Source: Verrucomicrobiia bacterium | GTDB lineage: Bacteria > Omnitrophota > Omnitrophia > Omnitrophales > Aquincolibacteriaceae | Reading direction: 5' to 3' | NCBI GenBank assembly: GCA_035495615.1 | Contig: DATJFP010000005.1 | Location: 340-64,339, forward strand | DNA: 64,000 nt | Part shown: positions 56,370-64,000 of the stretch, piece after piece | How the letters are laid out: every line of letters begins with the position of its first letter | How positions within the stretch are numbered: position 1 is the stretch's first letter | The notes under the pieces: generated by a model | The model's database searches: none | What the model was told of the DNA's origin: nothing | The model's input: only the letters and a program-made list of their open reading frames with translations | Program-made: the position numbers and the translations under genes

Positions 56370-57502
56370 TCGAAGTCGCTCAGGCACTGGTTGGAGAATG
56401 AGAAGACGTAAACCGCCAGCTTGTCGTCTTTGACCATGAGCTTGAGCTCGTGGAATTCCTTGTCTTCGCCCGCGATGATGTAATAAAGCCGGGGCTGGCT
56501 CACTTCGACGTAAGTGTCGCCTTTCTCGTCCACCTTGAGGTCCGTGCCGCGGTTGGCTTCCGGAACAGGCTCGTCGTCGCGCCGCACGTAGACCCGCGAG
56601 GTTTTTCCCTTCTCCATCTGGTCCATGACCGCGTAGAGCTCGCGGCCCAGATAAATGATGCCCATGTAGTCTTCGTAATCCGGCACCGTCTCCGCGTGTT
56701 CGAAATATTCTTCGCGGTTGCTCCAAAGCCCTTTCAGAAAAAATCCTCTTTCCAGGCGACGGCCCTGGTCTTCGAACTTAAGGGTCTGGTCCGGCTGCGC
56801 CCCGGGCAGGTTGGCGATTTCCACGCCCCACCATCCCGCGCGCTTATAGCCGACGTAGACTTCCGTGCTCATCTCCCCGCATTCCCATAGGTTGAACTTA
56901 TCCTGCTCGGAGTGCACGACGCTCGGAGGCAGCGCGGCCTCGGGGTTCAGCTCCTGCAGGCCCTTGCGGATCGCTTCCTCGGCGGTGATGTAATTGCCTT
57001 CGCCGACCTGCGAATAAAGGATGCGGCCTTTCGAATCCACGAGATGCTTGGTGGGCCACGAGCCGTTGCCGTACTCCTGCCACACGGTGCCGTCGTTGTC
57101 GAGGTAGGTGGGGTAAGGCAGGTTCATCCTGTTCAACGCGGCCTCGACGTTGTCTTTATCGTGGCCGTACTCGAATTCCGGGGCATGCACGAGAATGATT
57201 TCGAAGCCGTAAGGATGGTAGGCCTTATACCAGTCGTTGAGGTATTTGATCTCGCGGATCACGTTGATCGTGCTGTAATCCCAGAAATAGACGAGCGTCA
57301 GCTTGTCCGCGAAGATTTTTTTCTTTTTGATCTTTCCGGCCTGCAGCCAGATGCCTTTGGAAGAAAACGCGGGGGCCTTTTTGATTTCGTCTTTCTTGTC
57401 GTCCGCGCGCGCGGCCGCGGGAATGACCGCGATCATGACGAACGCCGTCAGGACGAAGAGGGCCTTCAGAAGCCGGCTTTGGGAGTTCCGATGCCAATGC
57501 AT
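56360..57502 (-). CDS. Secreted TlpA/redoxin-like (thioredoxin-fold) protein lacking the CxxC motif, with an about 190-aa C-terminal extension
   Basis: Signal peptide. LTLVYFWDYSTINVIRE where TlpA proteins have YFWASWCxPC. ...WPTKHLVDSKGRI typical thioredoxin-fold end. Confidence 0.5.
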   Translation of the reverse strand: MHWHRNSQSRLLKALFVLTAFVMIAVIPAAARADDKKDEIKKAPAFSSKGIWLQAGKIKKKKIFADKLTLVYFWDYSTINVIREIKYLNDWYKAYHPYGFEIILVHAPEFEYGHDKDNVEAALNRMNLPYPTYLDNDGTVWQEYGNGSWPTKHLVDSKGRILYSQVGEGNYITAEEAIRKGLQELNPEAALPPSVVHSEQDKFNLWECGEMSTEVYVGYKRAGWWGVEIANLPGAQPDQTLKFEDQGRRLERGFFLKGLWSNREEYFEHAETVPDYEDYMGIIYLGRELYAVMDQMEKGKTSRVYVRRDDEPVPEANRGTDLKVDEKGDTYVEVSQPRLYYIIAGEDKEFHELKLMVKDDKLAVYVFSFSNQCLSDFDHL

Positions 57503-57572
57503 AGTACCTTCATTATCGTCAAAAAACGCCGCGAGAACACCTTATAGAGTCTTCACGCATTCCGGTGCTTCT

Positions 57573-58343
57573 TCAAGAGCCGTCTTCGTTTTCTTCCGTG
57601 TCTTCCGTCCCGGCCACCGCCTGTTTCAGCGCCCGGATCTCGTTTTTATTAAGGAAGCGGCCCTTGCCGAGCGGCAGGCTTCCGAGGGTCAGCGGCCCGA
57701 AGGCAAAACGCACGAGCCGCAGGACTTTGTATTCCAGCTTCTCGAAAATGCGGCGCACTTCCCGCTTCTTGCCTTCGGCGAGACTCACGTGGATGATGCG
57801 CGGCGAAACCGGATGGACTCTTTCCACGCGGGCCCAGCCGTCTTCGAGCCGGAGGCCCCCGACCATTTTAGGGATGTCGGAACGCTCGAAGGCGCGATGC
57901 ACCCGGACTTCGTACCACTTGCTGACATGGTAGCGCGGATGGATCAGCTTGTTGGCGAGCTCGCCGTCGTTGGTAAATAAAAGAAGGCCCATGCTGTCCT
58001 TGTCGAGACGGCCGACCGGGAAAACGCGCGTGCGTGTTCCGGTCTGGCGGGAGCTTTTGACGAGCGTGCGCGGCAGAAGATCGTAGACCGTCTTCGGCGC
58101 ATGCGGGTCGCTTGCCGTCGTCATGTAGCCGACCGGCTTGTTCATCACGTAATAAATGTGGCCGCCGAAGGTCAGGCGTTTGCCGCGAAAGCTGATCGAG
58201 TCTTTCTCCGGGTCCACCTGGCGCCCGAGATCAAAAACCACTTCGCCGTTCACTTTTACGGCACCGTTTGTGACGTGGAGCTCGCATTTGCGGCGCGAAT
58301 CAATGCCGGCCAGCGCGAGCGCGCGGGAGATTCTCATTTGCAC
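57573..58343 (-). CDS. RsuA/RluB-family 23S rRNA pseudouridine synthase (S4 domain plus catalytic domain)
   Basis: RISRALALAGIDSRRK S4 region; catalytic VGRLDKDSMGLLLFTNDG. Confidence 0.8.
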   Translation of the reverse strand: MQMRISRALALAGIDSRRKCELHVTNGAVKVNGEVVFDLGRQVDPEKDSISFRGKRLTFGGHIYYVMNKPVGYMTTASDPHAPKTVYDLLPRTLVKSSRQTGTRTRVFPVGRLDKDSMGLLLFTNDGELANKLIHPRYHVSKWYEVRVHRAFERSDIPKMVGGLRLEDGWARVERVHPVSPRIIHVSLAEGKKREVRRIFEKLEYKVLRLVRFAFGPLTLGSLPLGKGRFLNKNEIRALKQAVAGTEDTEENEDGS

Positions 58344-58984
58344 AACTCCAGGTAGTGAAGGGGCCGGCCTTCGGCGGCGTATTTGGCTTCGTAGTTTGTT
58401 TGGAACTCCGGGCAGAAAAAACGAGTGTTACTTTCGGTCATCTTTTTCCACAGCGAGGAAGTTTCCCGCGCGGCCCCGCGCATCAGCTCGTAATAGTCCT
58501 TGTGGTCGCTGGCCAGCTCGACGCGGCCCTGCGGCACGAGCTTCCGATGGAGCTGCCGCAAAAGCGGCGCCGTGACCAGCCTTCTTTTGCCATGGCGGCG
58601 CTTGGGCCAGGGGTCGGGGAAATAAATATGGAAGATGGAAACGCTCGCGTCCGGAAGGTATTTTTCGAGAAAAGGCTGCGCGTGCACGCGGAAGAAGCGC
58701 ACGTTCGGCAGGTTCCGCTTTTCGCCGCGCTTTTGGCCGATCTTCATCCACTTTCCCGCGTAGTCGATGCCGACAAAATTGACGCCGGGATTCTGGATCG
58801 CGCGGTCGAGCATGAACTTGGCCTTGCCGCAGCCGATCTCGACTTCCAGCGGCCCTGGCGTTTCGAAAAGCTCTGTGAACGCGGGCATTTCCACCGGAAG
58901 TTTTTCGTGCGGCCCCGAGGGGCGGCGCGGGAGCGGAAGCGCGTCTTCGGCTTTGGGCTTTTCGGCGGCGAGAGACGTTTTCAC
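58334..58984 (-). CDS. trmB: tRNA (guanine46-N7)-methyltransferase
   Basis: LEVEIGCGKAKF SAM motif, FPDPWPKRRH signature. Confidence 0.85.
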   Translation of the reverse strand: MKTSLAAEKPKAEDALPLPRRPSGPHEKLPVEMPAFTELFETPGPLEVEIGCGKAKFMLDRAIQNPGVNFVGIDYAGKWMKIGQKRGEKRNLPNVRFFRVHAQPFLEKYLPDASVSIFHIYFPDPWPKRRHGKRRLVTAPLLRQLHRKLVPQGRVELASDHKDYYELMRGAARETSSLWKKMTESNTRFFCPEFQTNYEAKYAAEGRPLHYLELCK

Positions 58985-60042
58985 CGGGCCTCCGGACGTT
59001 CAAGCAGCACCAGCGTTTCAAGGTGGCGGGTTCTCGGGAAGAAATCAAAAGGCACGATGTTCCGGACGTTCCAGCCCGCCGCCGTCAAGGCCGTGAGGTC
59101 GCGGGCAAGAGACTCGGGATGGCAGGAAAGATAAAACAGGAAATCGATTTGCCGGAAGCGGATCAGCATGTCCAGAGCGGAAGCGCTCAGCCCCTTGCGC
59201 GGCGGATCGATCATGGCCACCGATTTCGCATCGGGCTGCGCGGCCAGCACTTCAGCAAGCTTGTCTTCGACCCGGCCCTCATGCGCCTCGGCATGCGGCA
59301 GATGGTGATGGCGGATATTGTAGCGAGCGATCTCCACCGAGGCCGCATGCTCTTCAAGCATCACGATACGTTTGAAGAAATCCTGCATCGCGATTCCGAA
59401 AAGCCCGACGCCCGAATAAAGATCGAGGAAAAGCCCGCGGCGTTCCTGCGGCACAAGCGATTCGATTTTATCCATGAGCGCGGGCAGGATCGAAAGGTTT
59501 GCCTGAAAAAAAGTCTCGAGCGAAAAATGAATGCGCTTGCCTCGCACTTCGGTCCAGAGATAATCGTCCGGGCGCATGCGCAAAGAATGCCGTCCGATGC
59601 CGCCCCAGAAAACACGCCCGTCGTCTCCGGTTTTGACCACGATGTTGGCGATGCGGTAATCCGGCGGCAATTTCTCCGCGGCCTGCCGCTTGAGTTCGGG
59701 AATGAAATCCGAAATGGCTTCGCGCGCGATGGCGCAGGAATCGATCGAAAGGACGCGCTTTTGCTGCGGCGGCATGAAGCCCATGAACATTTCCCCGGAT
59801 TTGATGCGCAGGAACGTGAGGTCCAGGCGGCTGCGGCTGTGATAAATATCGGGAGAGGCCACGACCGGCTGGATCAGCGCGGTGTCGAGCCCGGGGCAGC
59901 GGCCGAGCAGGTTCCGGAGCAGCGCCTGCTTGGCTTCGAGCTCGGCTTCGTAGGTCACGTCCTGGTAAAGGCAGCCGCCGCAGGTGCCGAACACCGGGCA
60001 CAAGGGGGTCACTTTTTCCGTGGAAAGCTGGGATTCGATCAC
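58981..60042 (-). CDS. RlmD/RumA-family rRNA (uracil-5)-methyltransferase with N-terminal Fe-S cysteine cluster
   Basis: CPVFGTCGGC; SAM-MTase motifs DLYSGVGLFG, DPPRKG; C-terminal catalytic C in LSCHP. Confidence 0.7.
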   Translation of the reverse strand: MIESQLSTEKVTPLCPVFGTCGGCLYQDVTYEAELEAKQALLRNLLGRCPGLDTALIQPVVASPDIYHSRSRLDLTFLRIKSGEMFMGFMPPQQKRVLSIDSCAIAREAISDFIPELKRQAAEKLPPDYRIANIVVKTGDDGRVFWGGIGRHSLRMRPDDYLWTEVRGKRIHFSLETFFQANLSILPALMDKIESLVPQERRGLFLDLYSGVGLFGIAMQDFFKRIVMLEEHAASVEIARYNIRHHHLPHAEAHEGRVEDKLAEVLAAQPDAKSVAMIDPPRKGLSASALDMLIRFRQIDFLFYLSCHPESLARDLTALTAAGWNVRNIVPFDFFPRTRHLETLVLLERPEAR

Positions 60043-60160
60043 GAGGACAGGCCTTTCTTGAAAGAGAGTGACGCCAGTATGCCAAAATTAGACAGGGGGT
60101 CAAGCGAAATGCTATACTCGCGTCCGTTTCCCCTTCCGAAGACCTCTTGCAACAAAGTTT

Positions 60161-60187
60161 GGGGACAGAGCCTTCGGACCTGTCCCC
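60161..60187. repeat. GGGGACA(N)TGTCCCC hairpin repeat, copy 4
   Basis: ggggacagagccttcggacctgtcccc. Confidence 0.6.
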
Positions 60188-60210
60188 GTTCCACGCTGAA
60201 AGCAAACCCT

Positions 60211-60241
60211 GGGGACAAGACATACCTTTAGGTGTGTCCCC
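60211..60241. repeat. GGGGACA(N)TGTCCCC hairpin repeat, copy 5 (longer arms), 24 nt from copy 4
   Basis: ggggacaagacatacctttaggtgtgtcccc. Confidence 0.6.
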
Positions 60242-60283
60242 AGTACCAACAAGCCGCGGAAATCAATTCCCTAAATAGGACGA

Positions 60284-60664
60284 ATGATGAAAGCTGCTGA
60301 AAATAACGACCGTATTTTTTTGACCGGACTCCAGATTTCCTGCATCATCGGAATCTTCGACTGGGAACGCAAAACCCGCCAGAAGATCCTGATCGATCTC
60401 GAGATTCCCACCGACGTGCGCAAGGCTGCGCGGCGCGACCGCATCGAAGACGCCACGGATTACAAAAAAATCGCCAAACGGACCGCGGCTTTCGTCAAAG
60501 AGAGCCGGTTTTATCTCATTGAAACTTTGGCGGAAAAACTGGCGGGCCTCTTATTAAAGGAATTCCGCCTGAAGGAAATCAAGCTGCGGGTTTCAAAGCC
60601 GGGAGCGGTGCGCGGCTCGGATAATGTCGGGATTGAAATTACGCGTAAGGCCGGAAGGCGTTAA
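60284..60664 (+). CDS. folB: Dihydroneopterin aldolase
   Basis: 126 aa; DRIFLTGLQISCIIGIFDWER; DYKKIAKR region typical of FolB. Confidence 0.8.
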   Translation: MMKAAENNDRIFLTGLQISCIIGIFDWERKTRQKILIDLEIPTDVRKAARRDRIEDATDYKKIAKRTAAFVKESRFYLIETLAEKLAGLLLKEFRLKEIKLRVSKPGAVRGSDNVGIEITRKAGRR

Positions 60665-60957
60665 ATGAAGAAGACCATGTATTTCGCGTACGGGGCCGCG
60701 CCGCGGGCAACGTCAACCGTCCCGCCCACCACGCCGTTCACGGCCTGAAAAGCACCGGACATGGCGCCGGTCATGATCCCGAACGGGAACCCCTGGAACG
60801 ACTGCGCCAGCACTTGTCCGGGCACCTGGAAAGCGGCGCCCACGATCTTGGAAACGCCCCGGCCGATCAATCCGACGCTGTCTTGGGCATGAGCCTTCGA
60901 TGGAAGAAAGGCGCATCCAACTCCCAGGACCAGGGCGAAGATCCAAAGTCTTTTCAT
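60661..60957 (-). CDS. Small secreted Gly-rich protein (98 aa); the longer ORF is rejected because it overlaps hldD
   Basis: ATG at 60955-60957; signal peptide MKRLWIFALVLGVGCAFLPSKAHA; convergent 4-nt overlap with folB. Confidence 0.35.
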   Translation of the reverse strand: MKRLWIFALVLGVGCAFLPSKAHAQDSVGLIGRGVSKIVGAAFQVPGQVLAQSFQGFPFGIMTGAMSGAFQAVNGVVGGTVDVARGAAPYAKYMVFFI

Positions 60958-61050
60958 GGTAGAGAGTAACGGCATTTGAGGCCCGTCCGTTGAGGAACTT
61001 CTTTGATTCCGGGGTTGCACTTTTCCGGATTTTCGATAGACTAAACGGCT

Positions 61051-61989
61051 ATGAAAAACGTCCTTATCACCGGCGGCGCCGGCTTTATCGGCTCCAATCT
61101 CGCCTTGGAAATCCAGTCCCGCTATCCTGAAGCCCATGTGACGGTTCTGGATGATTTCCGCGTCGGCAGCTTCAAAAACCTGATCGGCTTCCGCGGCGAT
61201 GTCATGGCTTACGACGTCGCGGACAAATCCTGGGTCTCGATCCTCGCCGCCCGGCCTCTGGATACGGTTTTTCACCTGGCCTCGATCACGGACACGACGG
61301 TCCTGGATGAAAAGAAAATGATGTTCGACAACGTCGAGGGTTTCCGCAACGTCCTCGAGCTCGCCCACTCCAAAAAAGCGGACGTGGTCTTCGCTTCCTC
61401 AGCCGCGGTGTACGGCAGCCAGGACTCCTCCATGAAAGAATCCGACGGCGGCAAGCCCAATAACATTTACGGTTTCTCCAAGTGGGTGCTCGAAAGTCTC
61501 GCCCGCAGCTACGAAGGCAAACTCAAAGTCGTGGGCGTCCGTTATTTCAACGTCTTCGGCCCGCGCGAATACTACAAAGGCGCCGCGGCCAGCATGATCT
61601 ACCAGCTCACCCAACAGATGCTCGCCGGCAAACGGCCCCGCATTTTCAAGTATGGCGAACAGAAGCGCGACCACATTTACGTCAAGGACGTGGTCGAATG
61701 CACGCTGAAAGCGCGCCTGGCCAAGGAAAACACTGTCGTGAACGTCGGGACAGGCGAGGCCACTTCTTTTAACGAAATTATCGCCGCGATCAACGAGGGA
61801 CTGGGCACGTCGCTCGAGCCCGATTACTTCGACAATCCTTACGACTTCTACCAGAACTTCACTCAGGCCGACATGAGCCACACGCGCAAGGCCATCGGCT
61901 TCGAAAGAAAGTATTCGACCCACGACGGCATCGTCGAATACGTGCGCCAGTATCTGCTTCCCGCTTCCCACGCCTCTGCCGCGCGCTGA
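61051..61989 (+). CDS. hldD: NAD-dependent epimerase, ADP-L-glycero-D-manno-heptose 6-epimerase-like
   Basis: ITGGAGFIGSN Rossmann, YGFSK (YxxxK), RYFNVFGPREYYKGAAASMIYQL resembling the HldD signature. Confidence 0.6.
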   Translation: MKNVLITGGAGFIGSNLALEIQSRYPEAHVTVLDDFRVGSFKNLIGFRGDVMAYDVADKSWVSILAARPLDTVFHLASITDTTVLDEKKMMFDNVEGFRNVLELAHSKKADVVFASSAAVYGSQDSSMKESDGGKPNNIYGFSKWVLESLARSYEGKLKVVGVRYFNVFGPREYYKGAAASMIYQLTQQMLAGKRPRIFKYGEQKRDHIYVKDVVECTLKARLAKENTVVNVGTGEATSFNEIIAAINEGLGTSLEPDYFDNPYDFYQNFTQADMSHTRKAIGFERKYSTHDGIVEYVRQYLLPASHASAAR

Positions 61990-63978
61990 TCAGGAACCGT
62001 GCACTTTCCGGTGAGCTGAAAACTTCAGCGGCACGCGGAACGCAAACCGGCTTCCTTTTCCAGGCTCGCTCTCAACCCAGATCCTGCCGCTGTGAAGTTC
62101 CACGATTTCTTTGGTGATGGTCAGGCCCAGGCCTGAACTCGAAATCCCGGAAGGCTGCGAAAGACTCACCTGCACGAATTTGTCGAAAATCTTCTTTTGA
62201 TCCTCGGGCTCGATGCCGACACCTGTGTCTCGCACCCCGACCTCGATGCCGATGCCGCCCGGAAGCGTCTCGTCTTTCACATTCTTGCGCAATTCCACGG
62301 TGATTGTGCCTTTGTCCGGCGTGAATTTGATGGCATTGCCGACGAGATTGGTAATCACCTGCGTGAGACGGTCCGGATCCGCTTCCAGCTCGACATCCTC
62401 GTGGCTGGGAAAATCCGCTTTGACAGTAACGCCTTTGTCTTTCGCCCAGGTCTCGACCGTGGAGATCACGTGCTGGATGAGCCCGTTCACCGGGAACGTG
62501 CTGGGCTTCAGGTTCATCTGTCCGGCTTCGAGCCGCTGTACGTCCAGCAGGTCGTTGATCAGGCGCGAGAGACGTTCGATGTTGCGCTGCGCGATGTCGA
62601 GGAATTTTTTCTGTTCCGGCGTCACGCTGCCGACTTCCTGATCCGCGATGAGCGCGAGCGATTTCTGGATGGCGACCAGCGGCGTGCGCAATTCGTGCGA
62701 AACATTGCCCACGAACTTGGTCTTGAGGTCGTCCAATTCTTTTTGCCGTGTGATGTCGGACAGCACCGACACCATGCCGACGGTCTGGCCGTCCTCGTTT
62801 TCGATGATGGCCGAGCTTGCGTTCAGGACGCGCTTGGTTTCGTCGTTAGGCGCGAAAAGCTCCACCTGCTGCGACAGGACGTTCTGCTGGTCGCGCAGAT
62901 TGCCTGTGGCCATGGACACGACATGCTCCGCTCCGAGCCCCTCCGTGACGGCCTTGCCCAGCTTGTCGCTTTTTTTCACGCCCAGCATTTTTTCCGCCGC
63001 GGGATTCATGAGCACCACCTTGCCGTGCTCGTCGACGATGAGGAGCCCCTCGGCCATGTTGTGGATGACCGCGTCCATCCTCTCCTTCTGGTGGCGGACG
63101 ACTTTATTTTCCAGTTCCAGCGTCTGCAGCTTTTTATCGATCGTGCCGTCGGACGTGGCATCGTAAAGCGCGGCCCGCCTTTTTAATTCCTCGAGTTCCT
63201 CGGCGTCGATCGAGACTTTTTTCTTTTTCTTGTCTTCGGTCTCGTCGATCTTGGAAAAAATCTTCTGGATGGTCTCTGCCGACAGCCCGACCTCGCCCAT
63301 CTCTTCGGTCAAGTTCGTCTGAAGGCGCTCGCGGACGTCCTTGTCCTTGAAAAGTTTCTTGGCCATTTTCTCCAGCAGCTTCACGTCCTCGGGATGCTCC
63401 GCGTGCGTGCGCTTCATCATCTGGATCCGGAATTCGTCGGTGGCCTCTTCGAAGATGCCGGGAATTTTCTTCTTCAACTTGTCGAAGCCCGCGCTCTCGT
63501 CCAGGCCTGAAAGGCCCTTTTCGAGCTCCTTGGCGAGCTTTTCGAGCGCCTTCGTGATGTCTTTTCCCTGCTCGACCAGAAACGCGAGCAGTCCGTCGAT
63601 CAAGAGCTTCACGGTCTGGCGGATCAGCTGCTCGAGCCGCACTTCGTCTTCGACGTCGGCGAGCGCGGCCTGGACGATGTCTTTGGGATTTTTTTCGAGC
63701 TGGTCCACGATTTTTTCCGGATTGATGGACAGCGGCGCGCCGAAAACAACGCCCGGCATGCCGGAAACGGGGCCGCTTCCGCCCCCTCCCCCTCCTCCGC
63801 CTCCGCCTGAAACCCCGCCCGGAGGCAGGTCCGTTCCCTGCTTGAGACGGCGGATCACTTCCGCGATATCCGTGATGGGCAAAGCCGATTCCTTGCCGGA
63901 CGCAGACGCGGTCCCGGTCCCGGCTTCGCCGCTTTCCCCGATGCCGCCGTCGCCCGGCTGGGCGCCTTCCTGCACCAC
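61990..63978 (-). CDS. PAS-domain sensor histidine kinase (HisKA plus HATPase_c); the N-terminus probably continues beyond the window end
   Basis: H-box VSHELRTPL; N, G1, G2 boxes (GLGLTITKEIVELHSG); Gly-rich linker; the frame stays open upstream of the GTG at 63976-63978 through position 64000. Confidence 0.75.
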   Translation of the reverse strand: MVQEGAQPGDGGIGESGEAGTGTASASGKESALPITDIAEVIRRLKQGTDLPPGGVSGGGGGGGGGGSGPVSGMPGVVFGAPLSINPEKIVDQLEKNPKDIVQAALADVEDEVRLEQLIRQTVKLLIDGLLAFLVEQGKDITKALEKLAKELEKGLSGLDESAGFDKLKKKIPGIFEEATDEFRIQMMKRTHAEHPEDVKLLEKMAKKLFKDKDVRERLQTNLTEEMGEVGLSAETIQKIFSKIDETEDKKKKKVSIDAEELEELKRRAALYDATSDGTIDKKLQTLELENKVVRHQKERMDAVIHNMAEGLLIVDEHGKVVLMNPAAEKMLGVKKSDKLGKAVTEGLGAEHVVSMATGNLRDQQNVLSQQVELFAPNDETKRVLNASSAIIENEDGQTVGMVSVLSDITRQKELDDLKTKFVGNVSHELRTPLVAIQKSLALIADQEVGSVTPEQKKFLDIAQRNIERLSRLINDLLDVQRLEAGQMNLKPSTFPVNGLIQHVISTVETWAKDKGVTVKADFPSHEDVELEADPDRLTQVITNLVGNAIKFTPDKGTITVELRKNVKDETLPGGIGIEVGVRDTGVGIEPEDQKKIFDKFVQVSLSQPSGISSSGLGLTITKEIVELHSGRIWVESEPGKGSRFAFRVPLKFSAHRKVHGS

Positions 63979-64000
63979 GACTTCGCCGTCTTCAACGAGC

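Noticed and set aside
60661-61368. 235-aa minus-strand ORF
   Set aside because: Its 5' two-thirds overlap the well-supported hldD gene on the other strand. Only the 3' 98-aa portion with a signal peptide was kept, at low confidence.
44267-64000. Phage, integrase, transposase or defence-system genes (RM, TA, Cas, ATPase-nuclease pairs)
   Set aside because: None recognisable. All sizeable ORFs are accounted for by housekeeping or the surface-protein locus.

Overview
This 64-kb window is GC-rich bacterial DNA in which about 50 of roughly 55 genes are on the minus strand.

The core content is housekeeping. It includes the operon yebC-ruvC-ruvA-PilZ-ruvB and the run tilS-ftsH-folP. It also includes ilvD, ppc, the iscS/iscA-like pair, fabI, tpx, queF, trmB, an RluB-type pseudouridine synthase, an RlmD-type rRNA methyltransferase, folB, hldD, pdxJ, cdaA-cdaR, nrnA, malQ and five tRNAs (Leu-TAG, Lys-CTT, Arg-TCG, Phe-GAA, and a CAT-anticodon tRNA next to tilS).

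The standout region lies upstream of tRNA-Phe, at about 7.2-24.4 kb. It holds a 9.3-kb single ORF encoding a 3102-aa secreted protein with an N-terminal YD(RHS-type)-repeat region and three dockerin/EF-hand-like Ca-binding loops. An AT-rich promoter island and a bidirectional terminator follow. Next comes a 1152-aa secreted acidic, His/Glu/Pro-rich tandem-repeat protein that also carries a dockerin-like loop. A LytS/LytTR two-component system, a 504-aa secreted acidic coiled-coil protein, a DoxX-DsbA pair and a receiver-GGDEF protein with a degenerate active site complete the locus.

Other notable signals are a 104-108-bp tandem array of pseudo-tRNA units derived from tRNA-Lys, and a dispersed family of GGGGACA...TGTCCCC hairpin repeats at five intergenic sites. 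A G9 homopolymer abuts a TATAAT hexamer upstream of a CheB-CheR-PAS fusion gene. A PilZ gene is inserted between ruvA and ruvB, and nrnA sits with the c-di-AMP cyclase operon. Several family members have ablated catalytic motifs: an M48-like lipoprotein, the GGDEF protein and a TlpA-like protein.

No CRISPR array, phage genes, transposases or recognisable defence-system genes were seen.
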